Positions 38,218 to 48,390 of a DNA stretch of 64,000 bases are shown piece by piece; the stretch's first letter is position 1, and every line of letters begins with the position of its first letter. The notes under the pieces are model-generated. The model did no database searches and was not told the origin of the DNA. It saw only the letters and a program-made list of their open reading frames with translations. A program made the position numbers and the translations under genes. Source of the stretch: Candidatus Thorarchaeota archaeon (GTDB lineage Archaea > Asgardarchaeota > Thorarchaeia > Thorarchaeales > Thorarchaeaceae). The stretch is from assembly GCA_011364905.1 (NCBI GenBank), contig RDNZ01000009.1:1-64000 (forward strand), in the 5' to 3' direction.

Positions 38218-40671
38218 TTGACAATGGCTAGCTCCTGGGTACTAAAGACAAGACAAATGAGTGAAGCTGGAAAAGAAATTCTGCTTCGAGAGGCTTTAGC
38301 TTCGCACATGCGCAGCACTAGAGACCGTCAGTTATTTCAGGAACTTCTCAAGGAAAACAGGCCCCTTAAAGATATGTTCTCATTCTTTGCAGCCTTCTAT
38401 TTACACAGTTATCAGGGTGTTCGTCTCCTAACGCCTTCTATGGAGCCTGGCGCGGGTAGTGAGATGAAAGATGAGCTTGGCGAAGAAGAACGGCATCAGC
38501 TTGAGCTTGAGGTTCGACAGCTTTTTTCTGAGAAACAACATCAAGAGGTTGAAGTGGCGAAACTTGCTAGTGATTTAACAATTCGTTTCATCGATGAACT
38601 AGGAGGGTCCGACAAGTCGCCACAACATAAAGAGAAAATTATTGATATGATACGGCAGACTCTGAGCCAGATTCCTACGACATACACACCAAATCATGAC
38701 ATTGACTTGATGCTTGAAGTCACTGGTTGGGGCGAGAACTGGCGCAATGAGTTATACGTTAAGGCCTCTGGACTGAAAGAGAGTGCGCTCTCTCTAAGGG
38801 AGGAGCTACTTAGAGAGCACCCCTACGAAGTCCCAGAAACATCCGTACTTCGTATGGGCCTTGAAACCATACTTGGACGTGTGGAGTATGTTCAAGGACG
38901 ACTTGCCGAAGCTCTCATTCCAGCAAATAGCTGGGATGCAATCGTTTCTGCAGTTTCGGAAAGATTTTGCAGACCAATGGGCTCTCTCAAAGGACTCAGA
39001 TATGCTCATGAGATACGTCTTGCTATGCTAGAAGCACTCATAGCTGAGTTTGATACCCCCACAACTTTAGAGGGCTTTGAGTCCCTGTTGGGCCGCGTAG
39101 TGACCACAAAAGCGGCGAAAATTCTAGTGGAAGATCCTGACCACATACTCGATACACTCTCTAGCTTTCTCAACGTGAGTGCAGATGAGATCAAAGCTCA
39201 ACTTCGACGTAAAGGCATCAGTGATCTATCAGTTATTGGGCCAGGCTTAGAGGCGTTGACCGAAGACTCTGTTTCCGACTCATCCAAGCCAGAAATCAGT
39301 AAAGAAGAGTTTGAGATGCTGGAGCGTTCTCTAAAGACTCTCGAAAAGATCGAAAGAACTCTTGATGGTCCAGTAAAAGGGATGCTTCGCTCAAAGGGTC
39401 TTCGAGCAACAGAACTTGAAAAAATAGACATCAATATGTTCACAAAGGATCGTGCAAAACTTGTTGGCATTGAAGTCGAAGTTCTAGAGGCCATAAAGGC
39501 AAAGTTGCGGGTTCCACCGCCAGAGGAAATAGCACGACTTCTAAAGACTAGAGAGCAAGTTCAAAGTGGCGCATTGAGTTCACTGGGCATCTCGTCAGCG
39601 AGAGATTTCAGCCAACAAAGAGCTGAGGAGGAAACTGCTGTAAGTTTACGCCTTGACCTCATCTGGCACTTCACTATAGGCATACTCACGAATCTAACTC
39701 GCGTTGTTGAGTCCTACATTCGGTCAAAACAAGACTTGTTACGTATCAAAGCACTGCTGAAAAGTATCTATGAAGACACAGAGATGGTTCTACAATTTCT
39801 CCGGGAGGAAATACTAATCGACTTGGCATCCATGCGAATCTACGAACTCAAAGTCCTTTACCCCGAATTAGATGCTAAGACAATATGTACTTGGATGCAT
39901 GCCAGGCTCTCTAGTAAAGGTATGAATACTGCAGGAGACGACCTCGAAACCTCAACAAGCCCAGTCTTTGAAGGCATCGTTGACAAATCGTTAGACATGT
40001 CAAATTTGGAGTATGATAATTATGCGATTGCTTTTGACATTATGCAACGTTTCTTGAAACAAGAACGGCTAGAGAAGCTGGCAAAGGAAGAATATGCGCT
40101 TGAAGCTAAAGAAAAAGAGAAGCGTAGGATTGAGGAAAAGAAGGAAGGTATCGATGTTTTGATGTACCTTCATAATAAGGCTCGGACTGTCTTTCGAGCA
40201 ATCAGTCGGGTTGGCACTAAGGGTCTCGAATGGACCCATAATGACACAACCAAGTGTACCAATCTTCTTTCTTACTATATCAAGACCAATAGAGGAAGAA
40301 AAATCTGTTCTGCATGCGGATCCCTACCGAAGGATGGAAAATGCGCTCAACACGGATCGAACTTCATCAAGGATGCATCAGATATGGACAATCTGTCTAT
40401 CTTTATCATGCAGAGTCTTTTTGAAATCAAAGAAGGATTGATCGGAGAAGGTAGAGGGGTTGAGCCAATGTCATGGGACAAAGCGAAATCCACTGTTGAG
40501 CGAGAGATTGGAGTTCTGAAAAGAAGAGGAAAACTGACATCCAAGACTAACCTAAAGGAACTGATGCCCGGAGAGATCAATTACATTGTTGGTCCTGCAA
40601 TGTCCGCTATTGTTGCTAAGTACTTCAACGAGTCATTGGGTTACGCCGCACGTCGGGCTGAAATAGCGTAG
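38218..40671 (+). CDS. Large hypothetical helical protein with C-terminal CxxC..CxxH Zn site
   Basis: 817-aa ORF abutting the previous stop (gaggtga SD); CSACG...CAQH. Confidence 0.8.
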   Translation: MTMASSWVLKTRQMSEAGKEILLREALASHMRSTRDRQLFQELLKENRPLKDMFSFFAAFYLHSYQGVRLLTPSMEPGAGSEMKDELGEEERHQLELEVRQLFSEKQHQEVEVAKLASDLTIRFIDELGGSDKSPQHKEKIIDMIRQTLSQIPTTYTPNHDIDLMLEVTGWGENWRNELYVKASGLKESALSLREELLREHPYEVPETSVLRMGLETILGRVEYVQGRLAEALIPANSWDAIVSAVSERFCRPMGSLKGLRYAHEIRLAMLEALIAEFDTPTTLEGFESLLGRVVTTKAAKILVEDPDHILDTLSSFLNVSADEIKAQLRRKGISDLSVIGPGLEALTEDSVSDSSKPEISKEEFEMLERSLKTLEKIERTLDGPVKGMLRSKGLRATELEKIDINMFTKDRAKLVGIEVEVLEAIKAKLRVPPPEEIARLLKTREQVQSGALSSLGISSARDFSQQRAEEETAVSLRLDLIWHFTIGILTNLTRVVESYIRSKQDLLRIKALLKSIYEDTEMVLQFLREEILIDLASMRIYELKVLYPELDAKTICTWMHARLSSKGMNTAGDDLETSTSPVFEGIVDKSLDMSNLEYDNYAIAFDIMQRFLKQERLEKLAKEEYALEAKEKEKRRIEEKKEGIDVLMYLHNKARTVFRAISRVGTKGLEWTHNDTTKCTNLLSYYIKTNRGRKICSACGSLPKDGKCAQHGSNFIKDASDMDNLSIFIMQSLFEIKEGLIGEGRGVEPMSWDKAKSTVEREIGVLKRRGKLTSKTNLKELMPGEINYIVGPAMSAIVAKYFNESLGYAARRAEIA

Positions 40672-40679
40672 TTGATTGA

Positions 40680-41000
40680 TTACACACTCTTAGTCGTTTC
40701 AGTTATCCAGTCCAGATAGTCCTTAGCCCCCTTTTCGACTCTTAAAACGACATACTCCGGAACCTCATAGGGGTGGATTCTCTTTATGACTTCCTCCAGA
40801 CTTGAAGCTAGGTCTGCCTTTGTTTTCATTACTAGTAACGCTTCATTATCAGTCACAATCTCACCCTTCCAGTGATAGATGCTTTTGACTGATGGAATGA
40901 TATTAACACAAGCACAGACTTTGGCTTCAACTAATACTCGAGCTAGGTTTTGTGCCACTTCGATAGGACAAGTTGTAATGGCAACGATGAAATCCGACAT
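40680..41000 (-). CDS. cutA: Divalent-cation tolerance protein CutA
   Basis: ACVNI, SIYHWKG, HPYEVPE, YLDW. Confidence 0.95.
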   Translation of the reverse strand: MSDFIVAITTCPIEVAQNLARVLVEAKVCACVNIIPSVKSIYHWKGEIVTDNEALLVMKTKADLASSLEEVIKRIHPYEVPEYVVLRVEKGAKDYLDWITETTKSV

Positions 41001-41117
41001 AAGAATTCACATACCCGCTTTGCATATAGTGACTTCTATTTCTAAATGCAGACCAATGGAATTAGCAAATCGAAGGCCATTTATACCCACTATCAATCCC
41101 GAGCCCTTGGTGATTCT

Positions 41118-42515
41118 TTGAAGAAGTTCAAACCAGAAGGAGTAATGCCTGCCCTAGTAACACCATTCACGCGAGATGGCGACATCAATGAGGAGGGCTT
41201 TAAACAAGTCATTGACTACACCATTGAGAAAGGCGCGACTGGTGTGGTAGCTCTAGGTACGACTGGTGAGTTCTCATACTTGAGGACAGAAGAACGGAAG
41301 AAGATACTAAGACTCACTGAGAAGTATGTAGATGGAAGAGTACCTATCATTGCAGGAACAGGTCAAAACAGCACTCGTGCGACCTTGGCACTCACACAGT
41401 TCGCCGCAGATTTGGGGTGTGATGCGGCACTCGTAATCTCGCCGTACTATCTACGACCAACGGACAAAGGGTACTATGAGCACTATGAGGAAATTGCTAC
41501 CAAGGGAAATATCCCAGTTATCCTATACAATATACCACAATGCACCCTTGGAGTTCTTAATTCGAATGTCGTCGAGGACCTAGCGTTTTTGGATAATATT
41601 GTTGGCATCAAAGACAGTAGCGGAAGTGTGCCCTACATTCTTGAACTGATTCAAAAGCTCAAGGGGAAAATGGAGGTCATTATTGGAGCCGATGAGTGCT
41701 TCCTCTCTGCGATAGTGGCTGGCTCAAAAGCTGCGATCATGGCTTCAGCGAATGTGATTCCACATATTTGGCTTGAAATCATGAGATTGGCGCAAAGCGG
41801 GAAAGTCGAGGAAGCCGCTGAGCTCCAGCGTACTACTCAAACTTTTGCCCGAATGGTTTTGAAGTATGGGGCTGCTCCGCCGGTTAAAGCAGCATTGAAA
41901 ATGATAGGTTTGGACGCAGGTCGTGCCAGAATGCCCCTTAATAGCGGCGGGACTCTTACACCTGAGATGAAAGAAGAGATACGAATTGAGTTAGAGAAGA
42001 TGGGTGTCATTCCGAAATTGGAACATCCTCCGGTTCAGACAAATATCGATGTGATTGAGTTCCTTGCTAGTCAGGGGTTAATGCTAGAGCAGACTCCGGA
42101 CATTTCTGTCAGTAGCGCTGCAAACGAGAAGGTGTCCGTTGGTGTTGCCGTTGGCTCTAAGAAGGGGCCAGTTGGTCGGACATTTGTAAGACTGCTCACA
42201 GTACCGAAGGTTGGCCATGAAGCTCTGACCGTCATTCTTGAGCCAAACCTGGCTGTTAAGCCTAGTAGTCTTATGCTTCCAGTACAGAAAATACAGTCCA
42301 TGCGCCAAGCATCTTTGTTCTATGGGCCGGTTCAGTCTGGTGCTGCCAAAGCAATTTCATCGTTCTTGGAAGCGAATAAGATACCAGAAAAATCGGTTGT
42401 TGATGATTTGATCATTCTAACTCTAGATATTGACTTGAATTCGAGCGACCGCCGCGAGATTACAGCTGCGGCTCAACAAGCTGTTGAAGAAGCGCTACAT
42501 GGAATTTGGGGGTGA
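41118..42515 (+). CDS. DapA-family class I aldolase fused to a degenerate Fae-like domain (paralog 1)
   Basis: PALVTPF, GTTGEF, PYY, YNIP, GIKDSSG; C-terminal ILEPNLAVKP...RQA..FYGPVQ; SD ggtga before TTG 41118. Confidence 0.85.
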   Translation: MKKFKPEGVMPALVTPFTRDGDINEEGFKQVIDYTIEKGATGVVALGTTGEFSYLRTEERKKILRLTEKYVDGRVPIIAGTGQNSTRATLALTQFAADLGCDAALVISPYYLRPTDKGYYEHYEEIATKGNIPVILYNIPQCTLGVLNSNVVEDLAFLDNIVGIKDSSGSVPYILELIQKLKGKMEVIIGADECFLSAIVAGSKAAIMASANVIPHIWLEIMRLAQSGKVEEAAELQRTTQTFARMVLKYGAAPPVKAALKMIGLDAGRARMPLNSGGTLTPEMKEEIRIELEKMGVIPKLEHPPVQTNIDVIEFLASQGLMLEQTPDISVSSAANEKVSVGVAVGSKKGPVGRTFVRLLTVPKVGHEALTVILEPNLAVKPSSLMLPVQKIQSMRQASLFYGPVQSGAAKAISSFLEANKIPEKSVVDDLIILTLDIDLNSSDRREITAAAQQAVEEALHGIWG

Positions 42516-42520
42516 ATCAA

Positions 42521-43996
42521 GTGACTAGCGAATTTCGATTCAAAGGCGTCTATCCCGCTCTTGTGACACCATTTGATAAGAATGGGGTTAATGAAAAGCA
42601 ATATCGCAATCTCATAGATTTCACGATTAAAAATGGCGCTACTGGGATAGTCCCTTGCGGAACTACAGGTGAGTTCACGAGCATGCGATTCGAGGAAAAA
42701 GAAGAGGCTATCCGTATCGCGTGTAAAGCCGCAAAGGGTAGAGTTCCAGTGCTTGCGGGAACAGGTCATGCGTATACCAACGATGCTATCAAACTAACTC
42801 GCAGAGCCGCTGAGTTTGGAGCCGCTGCGGCTCTCGTGGTCACTCCTTATTTCATGAAGCCATCCGAGAAGGAGATCTACGAACATTTCGAAAAAATCGC
42901 AAATAATAGTGATATTCCAATTATCGTTTACAACATCCCTCAGGTGACTGGTGTTCCTTTACATTGGACTTTGATTGATGGTCTCAGAGAAATTGATGGA
43001 ATTGTGGGCCTAAAAGATTCAAGTGGTGATCTAGTCAATTTAACAACGATTCTTGTACGTAAGCCTGATAATTTCCAAGTCATGGTCGGTCACGACGAGG
43101 TGGCCTTGCCAGCTTTGGCATCAGGCTGCAATGGTGCTATCCTTGCAAGCGCCAATGTTTTTCCTGACCGGTATATCAGGATGCAGAGTGCGCTTGCTAC
43201 AGGCGATCTAAAAGAAGCTCGTATCATTCAGCGAAGCATTCAGAAAATTGTACGCATCTTTGTGAATAATGGTGGTGGTCTAGCCGTTAAGGCTGCACTA
43301 AACATGATGGGTGTACCAGTAGGCAATGCAAGACATCCACTTCTCATCGGAGATAGCCTCGGATATGAAATGCATGATGAGATTCGGACTTGTCTTGAAG
43401 ACCTCCAAATGATTCCACGTGGATTTGTCACTTTCAAGATGGGCAACCGATATATTGAGAGTGAGACCTATCCCAAAGCAGTAGGCATGGTCCCGGATGT
43501 CGTTGAAGACTTGACTCTTTTGCATGGAGAAGCCCTCTTTGGCGGAGGCAATGATGTGGCACATGTGGATTTGATCATGGGCTTGCGTTCTGGTCCTATG
43601 AGTGATGCATTGAAGACTGCTGGAAAAGTGACTGAAGGCTTTCACCAATCGAACATAATCAAAGAACTTGAGCTGACCACTATATTTGCACCCACTGTAA
43701 CAATCACATCAGAAAGACACCGAAAGATGGTCTATGAAGTAGCTCAACGTGCAGTCGAAGACGCTGTAAGACGGACAATCACTGACAATATTATCCCCGA
43801 GGAACTTGTTCGAGACCTTGTAATTGCAGCGAATGTTTTTGTTCATCCAAGTGCTGTAAACAAAACTCGCGTTCATATTAACAACTTCATCGCAGTCCGA
43901 CATGCCCTTCGAAGAGCCATTGAGGGACGTCAGAGTGTGGAGGAAATAATTGCTAGAAAGGACTCGGCGAGACATCCATTTGCCTATAATCCCTAG
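42521..43996 (+). CDS. DapA-family class I aldolase fused to a formaldehyde-activating enzyme (Fae)-like domain (paralog 2)
   Basis: GTTGEF, YNIP, GLKDSSG; C-terminal GEALFG.GNDVAHVDL..G, VFVHP.A, N..A...A..RA, SARHPF. Confidence 0.88.
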   Translation: MTSEFRFKGVYPALVTPFDKNGVNEKQYRNLIDFTIKNGATGIVPCGTTGEFTSMRFEEKEEAIRIACKAAKGRVPVLAGTGHAYTNDAIKLTRRAAEFGAAAALVVTPYFMKPSEKEIYEHFEKIANNSDIPIIVYNIPQVTGVPLHWTLIDGLREIDGIVGLKDSSGDLVNLTTILVRKPDNFQVMVGHDEVALPALASGCNGAILASANVFPDRYIRMQSALATGDLKEARIIQRSIQKIVRIFVNNGGGLAVKAALNMMGVPVGNARHPLLIGDSLGYEMHDEIRTCLEDLQMIPRGFVTFKMGNRYIESETYPKAVGMVPDVVEDLTLLHGEALFGGGNDVAHVDLIMGLRSGPMSDALKTAGKVTEGFHQSNIIKELELTTIFAPTVTITSERHRKMVYEVAQRAVEDAVRRTITDNIIPEELVRDLVIAANVFVHPSAVNKTRVHINNFIAVRHALRRAIEGRQSVEEIIARKDSARHPFAYNP

Positions 43997-44766
43997 TCAT
44001 TCCCTGTCCTCGTGTATTTGCTTCCGCATGCTCTAATCAGGATGCCTATTGTCAGAATCGGTACGGAAAATGTGATTGTAACCATTTGACTAAGAAATGA
44101 TGAAACAAGATAGATTGTAGGAAGGGTGTTTCCTATCATGAGAACAGTGAAGACCAAACTGGCCAAAACTGGAATGAGAAAAATCTTGAGTCCTATGCGA
44201 TTCTTTTCGTATTGCCTTAGTGAGATGACCTGTAGGACTCCCAGTACGAATACAATGAAACTAGGTATAAGCAAGGGAGTAGATGCAATAGTACGAATAC
44301 CCGCCCCAGACCACCCTGTAAAGATGTAGTTGAACAATGGTGAAATCATCCCTGTTAAGCTGAATCCAACATAACCATTATAGAAACTCCCTCCTGGATA
44401 TCCAAAGGTAAACACGCTTGGTAGGAAAAGCCCCGCATAGAGATGATAATTCCTGACTACCTTTTGCGACCTGGACAGATTTCTGAAATCAAGGTACATG
44501 AGGATGAGATAAACTAGGGATCCAGACACAAGTAGTAATATGGCCAAATTTCGCCACCAATAGTATCCAGGGTAGACTCTTGCTCCCCAATAATCTGCAA
44601 TGGTTCCAGGACGAATCTCTATTCCCCAAAAATACGGGGTTGCATAGTTTGTAGAAACGCCTAGTGTGAACAATCCAAGCCCGAGTAGAATATAGAAGAT
44701 CTTGTAGATTGAATTTAATATTTGGCCTCCTATCTTACTTCGTTGGCTCTCCAAATTTCTTACCAC
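43993..44766 (-). CDS. Hypothetical polytopic membrane protein
   Basis: About 6 TM segments, aromatic-rich. Confidence 0.6.
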   Translation of the reverse strand: MVRNLESQRSKIGGQILNSIYKIFYILLGLGLFTLGVSTNYATPYFWGIEIRPGTIADYWGARVYPGYYWWRNLAILLLVSGSLVYLILMYLDFRNLSRSQKVVRNYHLYAGLFLPSVFTFGYPGGSFYNGYVGFSLTGMISPLFNYIFTGWSGAGIRTIASTPLLIPSFIVFVLGVLQVISLRQYEKNRIGLKIFLIPVLASLVFTVLMIGNTLPTIYLVSSFLSQMVTITFSVPILTIGILIRACGSKYTRTGND

Positions 44767-45072
44767 ACGTTCTGTGTGGAAGGATTTGTCTTAAGTCTAA
44801 TCTTAATTGAAGTCATTCTGACGGCCTGAAAATCTTATTGGCCATTTGTTAAGGCGAATAATTCGTGCGTGTACTCTCAAAACTTGTTGTTTATGCTTAT
44901 AGAAAATAGAAAATTGTAGTATTCAAGGAGATGTCATCAAATGCACTTTCAAGCCTTAAGAACGCATCCATTCGTCATGTTCGCCTATATATAGTACAAA
45001 CGCTATCATAGTCATAAGTCTTGCATCCCTCTTAGACTGTCGCACCACCACGCATCCGTCGGAGTTACAAAA

Positions 45073-45240
45073 ATGGCTGAAACCTATGTCATTCCTATGG
45101 GCGACATTCCTTCGCGCAAGTTGAGGAAGACTGTGAAGGTCTTCATCAAGGAGGAAGATGTTTGCCTATATGATGATGGTGGACAGGAATTTGGAGTCAG
45201 TCTTGAGAAGAATCGACTCATACTAAAACCCGATCAGTGA
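45073..45240 (+). CDS. Small 55-aa protein, possibly AbrB/SpoVT-like swapped hairpin; not in ORF track
   Basis: MAETYVIPMGDIPSRKLRKTVKVFIKEEDVCLYDDGGQEFGVSLEKNRLILKPDQ; GGAG SD; ctatatata near 44985. Confidence 0.6.
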   Translation: MAETYVIPMGDIPSRKLRKTVKVFIKEEDVCLYDDGGQEFGVSLEKNRLILKPDQ

Positions 45241-45563
45241 ATGGCTACAGCAGGATCATAGATGTCCTACTCTCTCTACGAATTGCACTTGGGGTTTCAG
45301 CCAAACTCCGATAGCTATTTTTGATAACCTAAACGATGTGGCAATTCTCAGCTTGCTCTTGGCTCGTCATCGCCGAAGCTCAGCCAGGGGTAACTGCCTC
45401 ACGGAAATGCCACATAAAGAAAGTAGTCGCTTTCTCCTAAAAGTTGTATGCATTAATGACACTGGATTAAACACTGAATCTCACGGCATAGCGTGTACCT
45501 CAGTTGGTCCTGTATCATCGCGTATAGCAGTCACATTATATGAGTACGAGTTCGTTTTGACAT

Positions 45564-46514
45564 ATGGTCAATTTTGAGCGACATAACCGAGAATCAATTG
45601 ATGTTGATGAGCTGGCAACATTCACATTTGAGGCGTATGAAGCCCTTCCCATACCATACAAATATGGTGACACCAAGGAGAGGATTGCTGAATGGTTTAG
45701 AAACCCGAATGATTGTCCAGACTTCCTTTCGATCGCTAGAGAAAACGGAAAGATACGGGGTTGGTCAGGAGTCTATCATTGGACTGATTCAATGGCCTAC
45801 TTTCTGGCATGGCACCCACTTGTCTATCCTCCTGACATTGAGATTGGGTCACACTTGGTTCAAAACTGCATAGAGTATACTAACTCATCTGGAAGAGAAA
45901 GAATGGAGGTCTTCTTGATGGAACTGACAGATGAACACCGTGACTATGCAGCAACTTGTGGGGAAATGTACACTGCTGCTGGTATGAAACGAGGATATGA
46001 ATGGACCTTCATGGATGCCGATTTGAAGAATCTCGATTTCAGACTTCGAGAGATTCCAGAGAGTATGCACATCAAATCACTTGTCGAGGTCACTAACGAC
46101 GAGCTCTGGTCAGATTACGATAGAGCCTTTTCCGCAGGTGGAGACAGAAGATATCTGACACAGTCTGTAGTACAACGCCGTGAACAGTTTGACTCATTCT
46201 TCTCCAGAAATGTGGCGTATGAAAGGGACGCTTCAATTGTACTCTTTGATGGTGAGAAGATTGTCAGCTTTGTTAAGATAGACATTCACAATGACTATCT
46301 ATTCGTTCACGGTATCGGAGTCGTTCCTGAGTATAGTAGACAGGGATTTGCTAAGTATGTTCTTGGTACAAGTATGATACGAGCGGCTGAGAATGGGCAC
46401 TCGCTGATGAAACTCGAGGTTGATATTGGAAATCAAGGTGCTATCAGTCTTTACGAGCGACTTGGTTTCAAGCACATGAAGGGTTCTATCAGTTATATCT
46501 GGGAGAAAGCATAA
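45564..46514 (+). CDS. Tandem GNAT-family N-acetyltransferase
   Basis: GV.PEY..QGFAK, LEVD..N..AI.LYERLGF. Confidence 0.88.
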   Translation: MVNFERHNRESIDVDELATFTFEAYEALPIPYKYGDTKERIAEWFRNPNDCPDFLSIARENGKIRGWSGVYHWTDSMAYFLAWHPLVYPPDIEIGSHLVQNCIEYTNSSGRERMEVFLMELTDEHRDYAATCGEMYTAAGMKRGYEWTFMDADLKNLDFRLREIPESMHIKSLVEVTNDELWSDYDRAFSAGGDRRYLTQSVVQRREQFDSFFSRNVAYERDASIVLFDGEKIVSFVKIDIHNDYLFVHGIGVVPEYSRQGFAKYVLGTSMIRAAENGHSLMKLEVDIGNQGAISLYERLGFKHMKGSISYIWEKA

Positions 46515-46614
46515 CCATGCAGTTGGAGATCCTGCTAGAACGCATCCCTTGTTTTTCAAACTGACATTGTGTCTAATCAGTAACGTTCATAGAGGAGAAT
46601 GCGTTTGAGAGCCG

Positions 46615-47757
46615 TTGGAGTTAGTCCAAATGAATCAATCTCGAGTTCTTTCTCTTTTGAAAGAATTGGTTTCTACAAACTCAGAGAACCCTCCCGGACA
46701 CGAGGCCGATGTTGCGAAAATTCTCCGTGATCATATGGACGCCCATGGAATATCGTGTGCATCTATTGGTCCTTCTGAGCGTCCAAATCTCATCTTCTCA
46801 AGTCATGATCAACAAAAAGGAGACCTGATCATACACGGTCACATGGACACAGTGCCAGCTGGTCCTCCTGAAAACTGGACTCACGATCCCTTCTCCTCCA
46901 AAATTGTTGACGGAAGACTATACGGACGAGGGGCCTGTGACATGAAAGGCTCTTTAGCGGCGCTTGCAGAAACATTGATTCTTTACTCTCAGGAGCAGCA
47001 CAACAAACCTCTCTTGTTCTTGGCTACATCAGATGAAGAGAGTGGCTGCTCAGGAGCTGAAAGAGTAGCTGCGAGCAGTCATCTTAATGGTGTCCGGTTT
47101 GGAGTTTGCGCCGAACCCACTGGTCTGCAGGTTCTCATTGGTGAAAAGGGAATGTTCTGGTCAAAAGTTGTGGCAAAAGGCAAAGCAGCGCACGGCTCAA
47201 GACCTACAGAAGGCATCAATGCGATACAGGTATGTATGGATGCGATTCGAGTGCTCACGAATAAGCAGTATGCATTTGATCACCAAGAAGTCCTTGGAGT
47301 CCCTACCTTCAATATTGGTGTCATTCAAGGAGGAATAAAGATCAATGTAGTGCCTGACAGTTGCGAGGCATTGCTGGATATGCGTACAGTCATTGGCCAA
47401 GATCCAGAATCACTCCTGAAAGAGATGAATGATCGGCTTGTTCTAGAGGGGCTTTCTGATAGGGTCAAAGTTGAATATGTTCATGGCAAGCCCGCTGTTC
47501 TAACACCTATGGACTCCGAGATAGTCAGCGTAGCTAAATCGACTGTCGAACGCATAACAAGTGAATCTACCACATTAGGTGCAGCAACCTATGGGACGGA
47601 TTGCTCAGTATTACAACCAAAAGTTGGTATACAAAACGTGATCTGCGGTCCCGGTTCCATAGAGCAGGCCCACCAGCCTGACGAATTTATCTCACTTGAT
47701 GAACTCTACCAATCAATTGACATCTACCTAGAAATAGCTCGGTATTTCGACAAGTAA
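46615..47757 (+). CDS. M20 family deacylase (ArgE/DapE-like)
   Basis: HGHMDTVP, GRGACDMKG, DEE, AEPT, AHQPDE. Confidence 0.92.
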   Translation: MELVQMNQSRVLSLLKELVSTNSENPPGHEADVAKILRDHMDAHGISCASIGPSERPNLIFSSHDQQKGDLIIHGHMDTVPAGPPENWTHDPFSSKIVDGRLYGRGACDMKGSLAALAETLILYSQEQHNKPLLFLATSDEESGCSGAERVAASSHLNGVRFGVCAEPTGLQVLIGEKGMFWSKVVAKGKAAHGSRPTEGINAIQVCMDAIRVLTNKQYAFDHQEVLGVPTFNIGVIQGGIKINVVPDSCEALLDMRTVIGQDPESLLKEMNDRLVLEGLSDRVKVEYVHGKPAVLTPMDSEIVSVAKSTVERITSESTTLGAATYGTDCSVLQPKVGIQNVICGPGSIEQAHQPDEFISLDELYQSIDIYLEIARYFDK

Positions 47758-47853
47758 GAACACAGTAGTCTCATCAGGAATAACCTTAAAGTTATCATTG
47801 TATGTGGAACAACACACTGATGTAGTCTACAAACATCAGAGGGGCAACAAGGA

Positions 47854-48378
47854 ATGCAGCTACAACAGATTATCGATTTACTGCTTGAGATCATTATTAG
47901 CCCGCTTTTTCTGTTCCTAGTCATTATGATCATTGTTGTGTTGGCAGCGCGACGCATTTCGAGGTCTAAATCCTCTTCGTCAATTCCGGTTGTGAAACAA
48001 ATTCGGAGAATGACCGCTCAACTGGATAAAGGGAAAGACCTCACAGATCCCTCAGTATCCACTCGTGATGACATCATCACCAAGAAGTTCAATTTACAGA
48101 TGAAAGCACTAGGTCTTGAGCCCGCAACTGATAGTGGCTATATTCCAGTTTCACATACGCCTCTCGCTCGATTCCTCCAAGAACGAGGAGTTCAAGAAGA
48201 CACGGTGAGTGCAATTCTTGCAGGTCTGTTGGAGGAAAACAGTGAAGATGATGTGCGCGAGATCATATCGGCTGCAGCAGAAAGTCCTGGTGTTGACCTT
48301 ACGGGAACGGAACTAGAGAAAGCGCAAGACCTCGCTGTAAACGAATGGACAAACGCGCGTCGAATGAGGGAAACCTAG
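47854..48378 (+). CDS. Hypothetical membrane-anchored protein
   Basis: N-terminal TM, helical soluble domain. Confidence 0.65.
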   Translation: MQLQQIIDLLLEIIISPLFLFLVIMIIVVLAARRISRSKSSSSIPVVKQIRRMTAQLDKGKDLTDPSVSTRDDIITKKFNLQMKALGLEPATDSGYIPVSHTPLARFLQERGVQEDTVSAILAGLLEENSEDDVREIISAAAESPGVDLTGTELEKAQDLAVNEWTNARRMRET

Positions 48379-48390
48379 GGGATCCATTGA

